Below, piece after piece: positions 13,076 to 25,940 of a DNA stretch of 64,000 bases. The DNA comes from Podarcis gaigeae (lineage: Eukaryota). Numbering within the stretch: position 1 is the first letter of the stretch; each line of letters opens with the position of its first letter. The notes under the pieces were generated by a model that was not told the origin of the DNA, did not search any database, and saw nothing but the letters and a program-made list of their open reading frames with translations. The DNA lies in assembly GCA_964106915.2 (NCBI GenBank), contig OZ066915.1. One strand, 5' to 3'. Made by a program: the position numbers and the translations under genes.

Positions 13076-13199
13076 GCCATGATCTTCTTGCGGAATTCCA
13101 AAAGGCAGATTTTGCCTTAATCAGGAATTCACCAAGATGTGTTTTTTTTGGGGGGGGAAGCCACTGTCTCTTACCCTTGGTTGACCTGACACACCCACA

Positions 13200-13315
13200 C
13201 CCTGTCTGCAGTATGTGGAAAATTATACTCATCTACCTCACAGGATTGTTCTCATGATTACTGTGATAATGTATGTGAAGTGCTTTTAGCGCTCATAAGA
13301 AGTGCTATAATTATG
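13200..13315 (+). mobile_element. MIR/CORE-SINE-like fragment
   Basis: ATCTACCTCACAGGATTGTT...GATAATGTATGTGAAGTGCTT resembles the MIR core and 3' part. Confidence 0.5.
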
Positions 13316-14167
13316 ATTCTGTGATAAGGCATGACATATTTCCTACAAGGAGATTATCTCTTTATAGGAAAATCCATGTATATCATTGTGTGAGGTATGG
13401 TGTGATCATTGTATTTTTTAAAATACTTTTATGAATGCCACGGGTTGAAGAAGCTGCTATCTCTACTGACTTCCCAACCTGTATAATAAACAGTCATGAC
13501 ATGCTTTAAATATGCAAGGGGAAAGTGTGTCTGAAGTGGCTCATGGTTTGGTTTAAGCCTGAGGACTAGAAACCTTGTGAAGAGATTAGTAATAACTTTT
13601 GCAAGATATAATGAAAATAGATAAATTTTGGATCTGAAGCTCTTCTGTGACTTTCCATTTCTGGGCTCAACATATAATTCTGCAAAAACCATTATTCCCG
13701 GCCTGCAGTTTTCTCTCATTCACTTATCTTCTGAAGTCTGCCCCCACTCCTCTCTCCTGCAGCTTTGAGTATCTTTGCCACAGATGCACTATTGGCGAAT
13801 TAGCTGCTTTGCTTGGGTGACTAGTCTTGTAGAGGTCTCAACCTGGAATCTCATGACTTGAAGGGAGGGGAGCGGCAAAAATTCCAGCTCAGGAGATTTC
13901 ACACTGACTGTACCAGTGTCTAATAGCAGTGTCCATTGCAGCTTCCAGTAGAGTGCCTTTCTTACCCTGCTGAGCTGCCACAAACCTTAATGTGGAACTG
14001 GACACTGCAGGAGACCAAGAAGTTAATTGGCTAGTCTTTGGCAGTCTGCACCAGGCAGGGGCAAGTGGGCCTTATCTGTCCAGCATTGCCTCTACAGCCC
14101 ATCTTACATGCTGCAGAGCTGATTGACAGCAGCCTGCTCCAAGCTACCAGTTGTATAGTACACACAA

Positions 14168-14173
14168 ACATAC

Positions 14174-14204
<31 letters not shown>

Positions 14205-14223
14205 CGCGCGCACATGTATGCAT
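14168..14223. repeat. (GT)n(CG)7 alternating purine-pyrimidine microsatellite
   Basis: Direct reading. Confidence 0.9.
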
Positions 14224-15154
14224 TCTGAATATCAGGCATGTAGGGTGGTTTGAGATCTAAAAATGCAGCTTCCTGTCCTGAAAAGCAGCAGGAATCTTTC
14301 CCACTCAAAGCATAGATGGACAAAAGCCATGCGTTCAAAAGAGAACTGCTCATGTATATCATTGTCCAGCCTTTTTGTGAGAGACAGCATCATCTTAAGA
14401 GCGTTGTGTGTGTTTTAGTAAAAAACCTGCTCTGAGTCCATTGAATGTCATGAAACAGAAGGCGACCATTCAAGTCCATCAGCCCTTGGATTTGAAAACA
14501 TCTTATTCTTGTCTTGCCTGTAGTTCAGAGGGAAACTTATTCAAATCTCCGTTAAACACATACCTACTTCTTGGCATGAAATGCCAAGGTTTCTGGCACT
14601 GGAATGTTTCTAGCTATGAAGGCTGACAGCACCTAGCTGCAGATGCCACACTGCTCCCTGTTTGTCAGATGAGGAGAGAAGTCAAGGACTCTAGAGATTA
14701 TTCCCTTTGACAACTGCCCTGATCTGCGGAGATCTGGAGAGGCTGTCTTTCTTCAGAACTGCAACCCAGGACCATCTGGCGAGCTGGTAATACCTTAGGA
14801 ATGAATAGTAAGGAGTAATCCTGTTTTAGTTAGCTTGAGAAAGAGAATATGGGGGCTCTGCATCTCTAAATATTAACATGCAGTATGTCCCTTGCAGACC
14901 AACATCTATATACTAAACCCTCTCTCTCATTCTCTCCCTTTCCTAATATTTGGTCCTCTTCTGAAAATGGCTTGCACTTGCCATTTAGCTCCCTGCTACT
15001 GATCTAATTTGGCCTGCGACCCAAAGGCCCTTAAACCTAGCAAATGGGCCTCCCCACTTGGGAGCAGAGTTGCAACTTGGAATAGAAGGAATGAAACATC
15101 AAGGAAAAGGCGTGGGGGAGGAGACGTTTCCTCTGGGCTAGAGGGAAAAACCTC

Positions 15155-15490
15155 CTCGGAAGCCGCAAAGCCCTGACTGTTTAGCCATGTGGAGCATTTT
15201 AATTAAACTCAGAAACATCTCTTTCCCTGAAGCACCTTGGGGAGATGGGTGGGATGCAGAAGTGGTTCAGGAACTCCACAGCGCGATGTCATGCTGGCAC
15301 TTGCTCAGGAGATAAATCACCAAGATTACCGGGACCTTGAAAGGCGCATGTGTATCTGCTCTTCTGTATTGCCCTCCGCTTAATTAAAATGCTTTTCCGT
15401 AATGAAATAATGTTATCGCAGATGCAGGGAGGAGAAATGAAGGAAACTCGTTTAAACTCATTAAATGGAGGCAGCGTTACCTGGATAGAA
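15155..15490. promoter_or_regulatory. Candidate intronic enhancer / conserved non-coding element
   Basis: Two TTAATTAA sites (15199-15206, 15380-15387), further TAAT/ATTA, a GATA site, retained CpGs, no repeat signature. Confidence 0.3.
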
Positions 15491-15734
15491 CAGTGCTCTG
15501 GGGGCAGGGGGGTGCCTCTCCCCCCCTACCCCACCCTTGTAGTAAGGCAAGTGGGATGCGGGATGGCTTCCCATAGGGCAGAAAGGAAAGTGAAGCAGAA
15601 CTTCATCTAGAATAAATTAATGCAAGGGATTAGAAGGGCATGGAGCCAGGGTGGTGTAGCCTGTTAGTGGGAGAGCCCTGTGATAAGCAGATTTGAACAT
15701 ACCAATGCATGGATACCTGCTTGCATCTCTGGCA

Positions 15735-15970
15735 TACCGTAATGGTTGAGAGCCTGAGCTATAAATTCGGAAGTCCCTGGTTTGAATCTCACCCCTAGGT
15801 GGCCTTAGGCAATCCAGTCACAGCCTCAGTTTTTCTGCCCCCCCCCCTATCTACAGTATGGGAGATACCAATGCTGGCTTATCCTACAGGTTTATTGTAA
15901 GGGTTACCGCTGGAAAACGTATGCGAAGTGCTCTGAACACTTGCAACATACAAATCCTTATTATTGTTAT
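15735..15970 (+). mobile_element. tRNA-derived MIR/CORE-like SINE
   Basis: A-box-like GTAATGGTTGAGAGC, B-box-like GGTTTGAATCTC, GCCTCAGTTT core, TATCCTACAGG..TTGTAAGG..GAAGTGCT 3' part, (TTA)-type tail. Confidence 0.6.
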
Positions 15971-17264
15971 CAGGCCGTTAAGTGTTCTGAATAGGTTTTT
16001 AGTTTAGTTTATTGTGTTAGCTAAAGGCCTTAATAACCAGCATAGAATTCAGCTGCTATATGCAGATGAAACAGATATCTCATAACAGTACTGTCCAAAT
16101 AAAAACAATGTCCATTTTAACTAATTCAGTTTGGACCAGAGAAATCAGTATTTCAAGTCATTGGAGGGGGGGCAGGGGAAAGAATATAAATAGTGATAAA
16201 AGTTAAAGGATAATGTGGTTTTTAAAAAGACTTGGTTTATGAAGAAAAGGGAACCAAAGCCTTTCAATTACCTGAGGCCAGAAGAGCAAAGCTGCCGCTT
16301 TCCCAACAATTTAATTGCAGTAATATGCAGATCTCATAACTAGATAATAGCTTTCTGACAGCAGAGAGAACTTTTTCTGATGCCATTGATATGTTATACT
16401 TTTTCACCCCACCACCAAGATTAATTTTCATAGTGGAAAAAGTAATGTGTAAAATAACCTTCAGATGCCCAGTTTTTATTATTCAGATATGTTTTGAGAC
16501 ATTGAAGTACAATAGTGAACCGCTATTATACTGTCCTGCAACTAAACAAGATGTTTCTTTGTAGTGTTAGAACCTGCTTCAAGCACCAGAATACGATATA
16601 GAAATAAGAAGCTAAATTGCATGAGAGAGATGCTTACAGCAGGGATCACCAACATAGTGCCTGTGAATGAGCCTGCAGAAGCCTTTCCTGGCGTCCACCA
16701 GATCCTCCTACCCACCCCAGCTGAAGTTCAGCTTGAAAGAAGCATTCTGTTCTGTTGTGGCCAATAGAATAGGTTGCGCCTTTGTCTCATTTCTTTAATA
16801 TAATCATAGACCCGAACAAAATAAAAGCAACGACCATAAAATAAAATGGGTTGTGATGCATATATAGATATATGATACAATATGTCAGGAATATTAAAAT
16901 GTGGAAATTAAAAGCAAGTCAAAAGGAATGTTATAAATAAATAACATAACCAAATTAAAAACTGTAACAGCAGCTGTACAGGATAGGTTTAATCAGGGGA
17001 GATTCTGGAGGCAGAAGGAGAAAACTAGTCATAATCTCTGTGGCTGGAAATCTTGAGAGGATCTTAAGAAAATAGGAGTAACCAATCTAATTTGGTCGTT
17101 AGAAGAGACTGCTGTGGCTGTTGTGTGGCACCCAGAAACGTTTGCAAAAAATAGGTAGCAAAGGAGCAAAGAGAGAATTTGGGGTGTTGAAGTAACACAC
17201 ATGTTACTGCTCATAACCTAAAACCACAACAGTGTAATGGATGCTGCCTTCTGCTTCCCCACAG

Positions 17265-17388
17265 CTGCTCACGGAAGGACCGATGTGAAAGAGCTGATGA
17301 ACCTCAGCGCTTTGCTTCAGATCTACGCCAGTGCGTCCAGCTCACCATCCAGCCCAAGAACATATCGGTCACCATGTCAGAAGTCCCG
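17265..17388 (+). CDS. PLXNA1: PLXNA1 coding exon (~exon 6), end of PSI1 / start of IPT1
   Basis: ccacag|C ... CCG|gtaggt; 124 nt, phase 2/0; [41 protein letters not shown]. Confidence 0.95.
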
Positions 17389-17588
17389 GTAGGTGGCTTA
17401 GCTTCACTTTGGTTGGCCTTGCTTAATACCAGTACATTTCTTTAGGATGTTGAGTCCGTCTGGAACAGTCTGGGCTTGGGAGAAGGTGCACCATGTGGTC
17501 TTTGTTCTTAGATCTTTTGTCTTAAGGAACCATGGAGCAGGTGTTCGCTTGTTTTCTGTGTGTGACATTCTCCTTCCTGTTGTCTCAG

Positions 17589-17742
17589 CTGGTTCTGCAG
17601 GCCCGGAATGTCCCTGATCTCTCTGCTGGCGTGAACTGCTCATTTGAAGATTTTACAGAGTCTGAAAGTCGCATTGAAGATGGCAAGATCTACTGTAGTT
17701 CTCCTTCTGCAAAAGATGTCATCCCTATTACCAGAGGGCGAG
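17589..17742 (+). CDS. PLXNA1: PLXNA1 coding exon (~exon 7), IPT1/TIG
   Basis: ctcag|CTG ... CGAG|gtgagt; 154 nt, phase 0/1; [51 protein letters not shown](G). Confidence 0.96.
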
Positions 17743-19014
17743 GTGAGTTTGGGGTTTCTTGACAGCTTGCACCAATGGAGTCCAGAGCAAAAGTTCTGGG
17801 GGGTAGGATATTTGATTACATACTTCAGAGAACATGAGTTTTCAAAAAACAAAACAAAAACAACCCCATTTGAGTAACACAATAGCTGAGCTAATATCTC
17901 TCAGTTTATTTATTGCCGTGATGTAAGATGCTATGGATTATCCAGGTTATTTTTAAACCTGTTTGCTGCTGTGGGAAGGCTCTTTCTACTGTGCTTGTGT
18001 ATGTGATTTTGAGAGTATTCATATCCTATAATGCTGAGGGGGAATTGTAAGTTGTAGGCACCTTGGGGTGCACTTCCCCCTCCATTGGTATTTGTAGAGT
18101 GAAAATAGACATTAATTTCCCTTGAAGCAGCTGAAGTGGCACAAAGGTGGAGCCAATCGCATCCTCTGCAGTGCGGTTGACTCTGGCTTTCACTCTGGAC
18201 AGCCAAGAACGTGAACTATGCAAAAGTATTTTTCTCTTTCTGTCTTCATGGAAGGCAGACCGTCTAGACCTTTGTGCCATGGAAGGCTGTCCTTTGCTCA
18301 GTTCAGATAGCATGTCATAGGGGGACGGGCAAGGGAAAGACTAGACCGTGTGAGAAATGAACATAATATTTTAGCTGCAGTTCATTCATTTTCAGCTTTG
18401 TATTCTTGTTACAAAAAAGCGTGCATAGACATTCCGTTGTTGTGCCCATAACCTAGGTTTAAGGTGCCATTTAGCTCCTAGCTTTTATATCTCAGTTTAT
18501 AACACTGGTTCTCACTATAACTGGGGATAGCAACATGAGACTGGTCCAGTGGTTTGCTTGGGCTGATTACTCAGTAAGGCATAATTGTTACACACCTCCT
18601 AGATTCCTGGCCTCAATATGATCAGTAACCCACTGGTTTCCCAATAATTCCACAAGAGGCTCCTAAATTTGACAAAGTCAGATTCCCTCCTTACCTGTGG
18701 AGGTAGTAGAAAGCCAAAGGTTAACTCTGAACTAGGCAGTTGGAGGCCTCTGGTACTCTTCTTCCACCTGTCACTTTATTTAGATGCTGAGCAAGATCAC
18801 CTATCCTCTGCATCCTGCTAGATTTTTAGTGCAGGTCAGTCACACTTCTCTTCAACATCAATAAACTAGTGTTTTTGTCCGCTAACTAGGATTCATTGGA
18901 ACTGCCCCTCAGCTCAAACAAAGTCACTGCAAGCCTCACTGATTTGCGTGCTGCCAAACCCTGCACTATGTTTTCCCAGATGCCCATGCTGCTATTTCTC
19001 TCTTTAATATCTGA

Positions 19015-19143
<129 letters not shown>

Positions 19144-19525
19144 TAAGTGATATAAAACAACTTCCCCTCCTCTGGTTTTTGAGCTTATTCTGGGAGAAAG
19201 CTGCAAATAGCATGTGGCAGACATAATAAAACTGGGGAGAAAGGCAGATGTGTGCAGTGTAAAATCTTGTTAAATACAGAGGGGGGTATTTGGGGGTTGC
19301 CACACTTATTGTAAGGAAAGCCAAGCCACCTTGCCTTGCTGTTAAAGTTTGCTTTGGGCAAGAAGCTGCTTGGGCATCAGAAACCACATCAAGCTGAGAA
19401 GATTATCCTTTTCTTTTGTCTTGGTGAAAAGAAACTGCACTGTGTTCATTGACTACTGGTGTAAGAAATGGTTTAGTCAGGAGCATCTGAGTAAACAGGT
19501 TTAGCATAATTGCCGGACCTCAATG

Positions 19526-19529
<4 letters not shown>

Positions 19530-19570
<41 letters not shown>
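19530..19570. repeat. (GT)n microsatellite
   Basis: Direct reading, ~20 units. Confidence 0.95.
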
Positions 19571-19573
<3 letters not shown>

Positions 19574-20600
19574 GCTCTGCTTGCCAATTGGAAGTGTAAT
19601 TTCGCCTGCAGAACCCTATTTATGAATTCTTACCCATGAGGAGAACTTGGGTATCTCCAGTTGAAAGGATCAAATAACAGTTGGAGTGAAAGACTTCTTC
19701 CAGGGACCTTAGAGACCCCCTGCCTCTCAGATTAGACATTACTGGGCTAGATGAGCAAAGTGTCTGGCCTGCTAGAAAGCAGCTTCCGATGTTTCCTGTG
19801 TAGGTGTGAATTGATGATTGGTAGCACTGTTTGATCTGACAGCATCTGCTAGAGGCCTAACCTCATGTATAGCTTTAATACAGCCCATCAGCGCCCAGCA
19901 GGTTCTAATTTAGAACCTCATTTTCATATAAGCTGCACTGTAAAATAATAGCCAGTTTCTCATATTGAAAACTATAAAAAACTAAATCTGTGATCTCCCA
20001 ATGTTTATGCTTTACAGCAATCTTTAGAAGGGAGCGACCTCTGTGGCATCAAGTGTTTCTGTGCAGAAAGCTAAATAGGGCAAAACTGTCAGTGCTACCC
20101 AGAAGGGAGCGTTTGCATGCTGGGGATGCTGGATCCCAGGGTGCAATGGTGAAATGGAACATTCTGGTTACCGAAGGCATTTGTTAAGAGTTTCTCCAAA
20201 TGAAATAAACAAGGCCTTACCTTTGGCATCTGCTTTCATTGTGCCTTTGCATGCTATGGGTGCCATATCTCATCCGTAATGGGGTTGTGGTATGATCTCT
20301 GAAAGGAAGGATTTTCTGTGCCTGAGTAACCGATCTGAATGCTTCTACCGAACACTGCTACAGTTCAGTCATTTGGTTTTTGTTGCCTGTTTGTAGCTTT
20401 CATAGCCCCAGCCCTGTCCTACAGCCTCTAGGGCAGTGGAGGGTATGGCTATACTGAAGCCACACCATGTCAAAGTACATAAGCCAGTCTGGGAACAGCC
20501 AGCTGGAAAGATTAGGTTGATGGTTCATTATTTCCCTTTAAATAAAATATTTAGAAAAATGCATGAAAGATGGGTTTCTGTTTTGGAGAATCATCCTGAC

Positions 20601-20827
20601 CAGGGGTAGGCAACCTAAGGCCCGTGCGTCTTCTCAATCTGGCCCATGGACGGTCTGGGAATCAGCCTGTTTTTACATGAGTAGAACGTGTCCTTTAATT
20701 TAAAATGCATCTCGGGGTTATTTCTGGGGCATAGGAATTTGTTCATGTCCCCCCAAATAGTCCAGCCCCCCACATGGTCTGAGGGACGGTGGACCGGCCC
20801 ACGGCTGAAAAAGCTTGCTGACCCCTG
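20601..20827. mobile_element. hAT MITE, same family as 2259-2582, with non-matching flanks
   Basis: TIRs CAGGGGTAGGCAAC / CTTGCTGACCCCTG; left flank ATCCTGAC vs right flank CCCTACAC (no TSD); single internal unit. Confidence 0.88.
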
Positions 20828-23800
20828 CCCTACACCGTGTATGAGATGGCCCTCCTTGCTCCCAACCAGGGGTGGGTTGGGCTGACTGTGGGTGCTGGCG
20901 CATGCTGATGACTTCACGCACAGGCACCATGTGCTTACCAGTTAGCCCAGTAACTGGCTGGGGGTGAGGGGTGTGCCCATTTAAATCCCACACAGAGAAT
21001 GCACATTAGGGGGAAGAGTGTGATAGAGGAGAGGAAAAGAGAGGAGGAGAGAGTGGGGGGTAGCAATATTGCATATTCAGACTATTTCTCGAATATAGGC
21101 CATCCAGGGAGATAACCAGAAGGGCAATAAATACAATCTTAACCACTTAGGTGTTTTGGTATTGCTTTTTTGTTTTCCAGATATGAGTGCAGGTTAAGTA
21201 CAGATTAAGGTAGTTTTGATGTGCCCCTCCCCAGGGAGCATATGTTAAAGAGCATCCTATACTTTTAAATGTGACTTTGTAGGCTTGCTAAGTTACTTGA
21301 CTGACCCTTGGGCTGTGTTCAAATGTAGTAGTTTGGGGAAAATGGCATCACAGGTGTAATGTGGAGGACTAGTGAACCATATGTAGCCATCCTCCATCAC
21401 ACCTGGGCTTCCTATCCATGATTACAGTATTATGAGAATTAAGTTTCAGTGAGCTTTGTGCTTATGTGTTCTCCCATCTCTGGTGCGACTGTGAGGAGGA
21501 GATGGGAATTTTCTTACGCTTTCTTGACAGTTTAGTTATTGCACAAATCCTAAACTCTGGTTTATTTTATCTATGGTTAGTTGAAATAAGTCAGCCTCAT
21601 AAACTGTGGTTTGAAGTTGGCTTGTTTCATCAAACCATAGTTATATTTAACCACAGTTTGTCTGGTTGCCGGTGACACAAGCAGCAGTTAGTTGTAAAAA
21701 AATTGAAGCAAAAGCTTCCAGGCTCCAGAGAAGGGGGGTAGTGCAGGAGTCCGGGGTTTGCTGAGGCTTGTTATGATTACATTGGAATTTAATGTTGAAG
21801 TTCAGATTACTGAGTAACCTATAATTCTAGTCATACAGTTACAGTGCGATAGGTTGGGAAGATTAATGGGCAGGAGAAAATAATAATCAAACAATTAGAA
21901 GGGGTAGCCTGAAGCTATTCTGCATAAAATGGCTTCAAAGGTGGCACTTCACACAAGATGAATTCTTTAAACTTTAAAAAGGAAGGAGCAGCCAAGAGAC
22001 GGAAGAATCCCAAAAGGTGCCAAGATACCAGAAGTGAAACCTGCTATTTCAATATTGAGGCCTGCTGGTGAAATGTCTGTCAGGAAAGGCGGGGGGGGGG
22101 GGGGGAGGAAGAGAGCCTGCGGGGGCCTGCCTAGACTTGTCTGCTGGGAAGATGCTCTTATCCAGGAGCATGCTCTAGTCTAGGGTATAAAAGTTGGACA
22201 GCAGGTTGGAGCAGTCAGGACTCTGATCTGGGCAACAGAGTCTGTAATATGCACAAAGGAAAGTCCCATCAAGGCCCTTTCTGACACGGAGGAGATGCCA
22301 AGTCTGCTGCTGGGAAATTATTCCCACCTGCCGTTCCTTCAGAGAGCAGATTGGGGCACCTGGGGGGGTGGGGGGGAAGAGAGGAAGCGAGGATTCTCTT
22401 GAGCTAGATTTTCTGCCTTACCAAGGTTTTCTTACCTTGGTTTTCTTCGAAAGATTTCTTACTCAGTCTTTCACGTTTGTTCGATCTTGACAGTTGGATA
22501 AGTTTTGGCACAGGCAGGGTTCCAGTTCAATTTGGTGTTCAGGTTCACGTCTGACCTGTTAAATCTGAAGCTCTCTTTCACCCACATTGGCTAAAATGCA
22601 GGATCTAAAAAGAAGTCATAATCTTTCCTTTCCTTTTCACATAAGTTGGTGAAATTTGCAGGAAAATGGAGCCTTTCTAGGGTGGGTTAATCCTGCCAAA
22701 TTTCAGGGAGATCCAGCCAGTGTTTTCTGTGTTCGCTTGCTGGGAACCTTTAAAGAGTTTTTTCTTAAACATGGGAAAGTCTCTAACTTCTATATTTTCT
22801 GCCAGAACTGGATTCAATTTGTTGTCATAGCTGCCCCTTCTGACGGAATGATGTGTGCCAAATTTCAGAAAAATAGGCACAGTGGTTCTCCTACAAGGGC
22901 TGACTGTTTTGAGGTGGGGATATAGAAATCGCATTCCCTTCCCAAATTTTGTTGCTGGACAATCAGGGGGACATACAAGAGAGGTTTCCCTTGGTAAAAT
23001 AAAAAACTTGCCAGAATTCAGACAAATAAAGTTTATTGTGCAGCGAAATGATTTTACCTCCTTTTTTTTTAGAAACTGAAAAAAATCACCTCACAATTCG
23101 AGGTACACTCAGAGCCAATACATATGCCTGGTATATACCACTGTTTGACACAAATACCCAATAAAAAAAGTAAATGTGGTTTTAAAAAACCAAAAGTTGT
23201 CTCTTTAAACTAGAACATTGCAGGCCAAGCACGATGAGACTTTTTTTTTTAAATGTAATGTATGCAGAACATAAAAAGCAGAATAACCTGCAGTTAAGCA
23301 GGAACTGAGGCTGATTTATAGCCAGGTTGAATTTTAATTTTAGATGAATTGTTTTAAAAAGGAAATTATGGTTGTATTAATATTTATAAAATCATTTTAA
23401 AGCTATTGATGACAGTGGTTGTTTATAATCGGGGTTTTTTTGCTTTGTTTCCTTCTTGCCTTGCTGTCTTTGGGGTTTAAAGGTCTTCACAAAGACCAAT
23501 CATGGAAAAAAGAAATATTAGTCACCATGTGCTAAATGCAACTAGTTAGCAATCCAATTGGAACTGCACTTGCCTGCAAATAATTCCCCATGCCTCTTGC
23601 TAAGTGAATTGCTTAAGCAAAACACTTCCTGTGTCTTTCCAAGCACAGTTGCCTACTAATGCCAGTAGTGTCTTTTTGTAACATTTTCTAAAAACCCAAA
23701 CAAGATGCTCTGTTTCTTTAGCCTTAACTTCTCCCCCACCCCCAAACTATGTTAATCTTGGCTAGGCTTCTAAACTATGCACACGTACTAGCCTGTTTTC

Positions 23801-23949
23801 CAAGCTGAGGAATGTAGGGTCTGGGCTCATCTCTAAAAGGAGGCTTGTGGAGGAAAATCAGATTCTAAGTCATATTATGCCTCACATTTTCAGGGACCAA
23901 TTCATTATCTGTCAGGCAATAACTAGTGCTATACATACAGAGTGGGGAA

Positions 23950-24150
23950 CGTAAGCAGAACTGTGGTTAACTGGACCAAAGGTCATCCAGTCCATCGTTG
24001 TGCTTCAAACAGCAGCCATCCAGATGTGTCTGAGTGCTTGCTAACGTAGCATCAAGGCAACAGCACTCTTCTGTTGCTTGTCCTCAGCAGCTAGAATCAC
24101 AGGCATAACAGTCGCCATGGTTGATAACCATTAAAAGACTTACCCTTCAT
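23950..24150 (-). mobile_element. Degenerate CR1-type LINE 3' end
   Basis: GACCAAAGGTCATCCAGTCCA...CAGCCATCCAGATG...CCCTTCATGAA, homologous to 12803-13075. Confidence 0.5.
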
Positions 24151-25774
24151 GAAGAGCCATGTGACTGCGTGTTTATATATATCTATATTTGTGTAGGCTC
24201 TGTGGGCATTAAAAGGCGCACCTGGCAGCAGTTGCAGATTGGTCTTTGTCTGTGACCTACAAGTGCTACATGTTTCTTGGATATGTTTTGACACGGCCAC
24301 TTTCCTGGTGGTCCCGTTAGCACTTAGCGGCCACCTTTTTGGCCCGCTGCTGCAAAACCATTATTCGTGAGGTTTAGTTTCTAAAAGGTAGCTTTTCAGT
24401 GTCTTTGACAGAACCCCTGGGGTCCCCATGACTTCTGGCATGTTGGCTACTGACAGGTTAGTTTGTTCCGTTTCTTTTTTAGAATATTTGTTTATTGAGG
24501 TTTTCAATTAAGTACTGACAAAATGGATAATGTAAGAAAGCAATAGCACCAACGTGCACGTAAATGGAAACATAACATGAATATTTCTGTTTGATCACTT
24601 ATTTGCCATAGCATAGTGGTGGGGCATCCTGGAAAGCTGCTGTTAAGTGTAGGCAATACTGAACTGTACGGACCAGTGGCCTGACTGTTTAAAGCAGCCT
24701 CCCACATTTGTTGAATATTTCTGACTCTGTGTGCTCACTTTAGTTTCTTTGTTTTGATTTATTAGTTGCTGGTGGTTTTTTTTTAAAATGATGTTTGGTA
24801 AATTAGTTATTTTTAAGTCTATTTAATACATTTTATAGATTTTGGTGTGGGTTTTGTTTTTTAATAATGTATATGCTACTTCTGTAAGCCGCTTTGAATC
24901 CCCGCACCCACCCTGGGCAGGATAGAAGTTTTAAAAATATTTGAAATCAATCATAAATAAAATTTAAGGGTCAAGAAGTTTTAAAGCATTTTAAAATGTG
25001 GTTCCCACGTGTCAGAATTCTTTTTTCTGCCAAGAAACATGACAGTATGCAAGATGGTACACTACATTTAAACATTGTTTATGGGCAGGCCAACTCAGTG
25101 GGTATCTTTTGCGTTTAGTAGGCTTTTGAGATCGGGATCAAGAGCAATTTGCCTCTCAATGAGGCTAATGTTCTTTCTGTGGAGTTTTCTGATCACTGGG
25201 CATTGTGTTTAACTTTTATTATCTGGGCAACCAGGTGCATGAAAGTTATCAAATCACTTCTCTGCTCAAGACTGAATGTTTTATAAGTGATGTTCAAATG
25301 ATTAAAGGGAATCAGAAAAATCAGAACCATCCAAATGTCTAATTTGGACAAAGCTGGCACTGTTAGTTGGCACCAGCTGAAGAACTGGCCTAGTATGTAT
25401 TCATCAGTCCTCCCAAGCCTCCAAGTGTTTGCAAGGTAAATAGCTTTCAAAAACTGGCTGCTTACACGGTGTATCAAGCGGCCTTGTGCGCGCTCTCTCT
25501 CTCTCTCTCTCTCTCTCATTTTGGAAGACATGGGTTCCTTGTATATTTCACAGGACTGCCAGCAACGTAAAGGAATGTAGCAGGTTCTGTGGAAGATTCC
25601 CCAAAACTGATTCCAACAGACCTCTAAAAGCTCTTGGGACATAGGTTCAGTGCCTGAGAATGCTAGTCTGTATTGGATGTAGCACAGTGGAACAATTAGA
25701 AGGGTGTTCTTTTGTTGGTTTTAGATATTGTAGTGAGTTGTAGAGGAGAAAATAGTCTATTAGATCTCATAGAA

Positions 25775-25940
25775 CAGGAGTTGCCAATATGATGCCTTCC
25801 AGATGTTGCAGACTACAACTGCCATCAGCTACAGCTTACATGTCCAGTGGAATGGGATGATGGGTGGCTGTAGGCCAGTGTTTCCCGACCTTTGGTCTCC
25901 AGCTGTTTTGGGGCTACAATTCACATCATCCCTGACCATA
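25775..25940. mobile_element. Two adjacent or nested short hAT-derived MITE fragments
   Basis: CCTTCCAGATGTTGCAGACTACAACTGCCATCAG followed by CAGTGTTTCCCGACCTTTGGTCTCCAGCTGTTTTGGGGCTACAATTC. Confidence 0.55.

Noticed and set aside
22080-22480. G-runs plus TATAAAA as an LTR, promoter or G-quadruplex element
   Set aside because: No TG..CA LTR ends, PBS or TSD identified; poly-G/C runs are frequent throughout the window.
22690-23160. Twice-occurring TGCCAAATTTCAG motif, possibly an ancient DNA-transposon relic
   Set aside because: Could not define ends or family from sequence alone.
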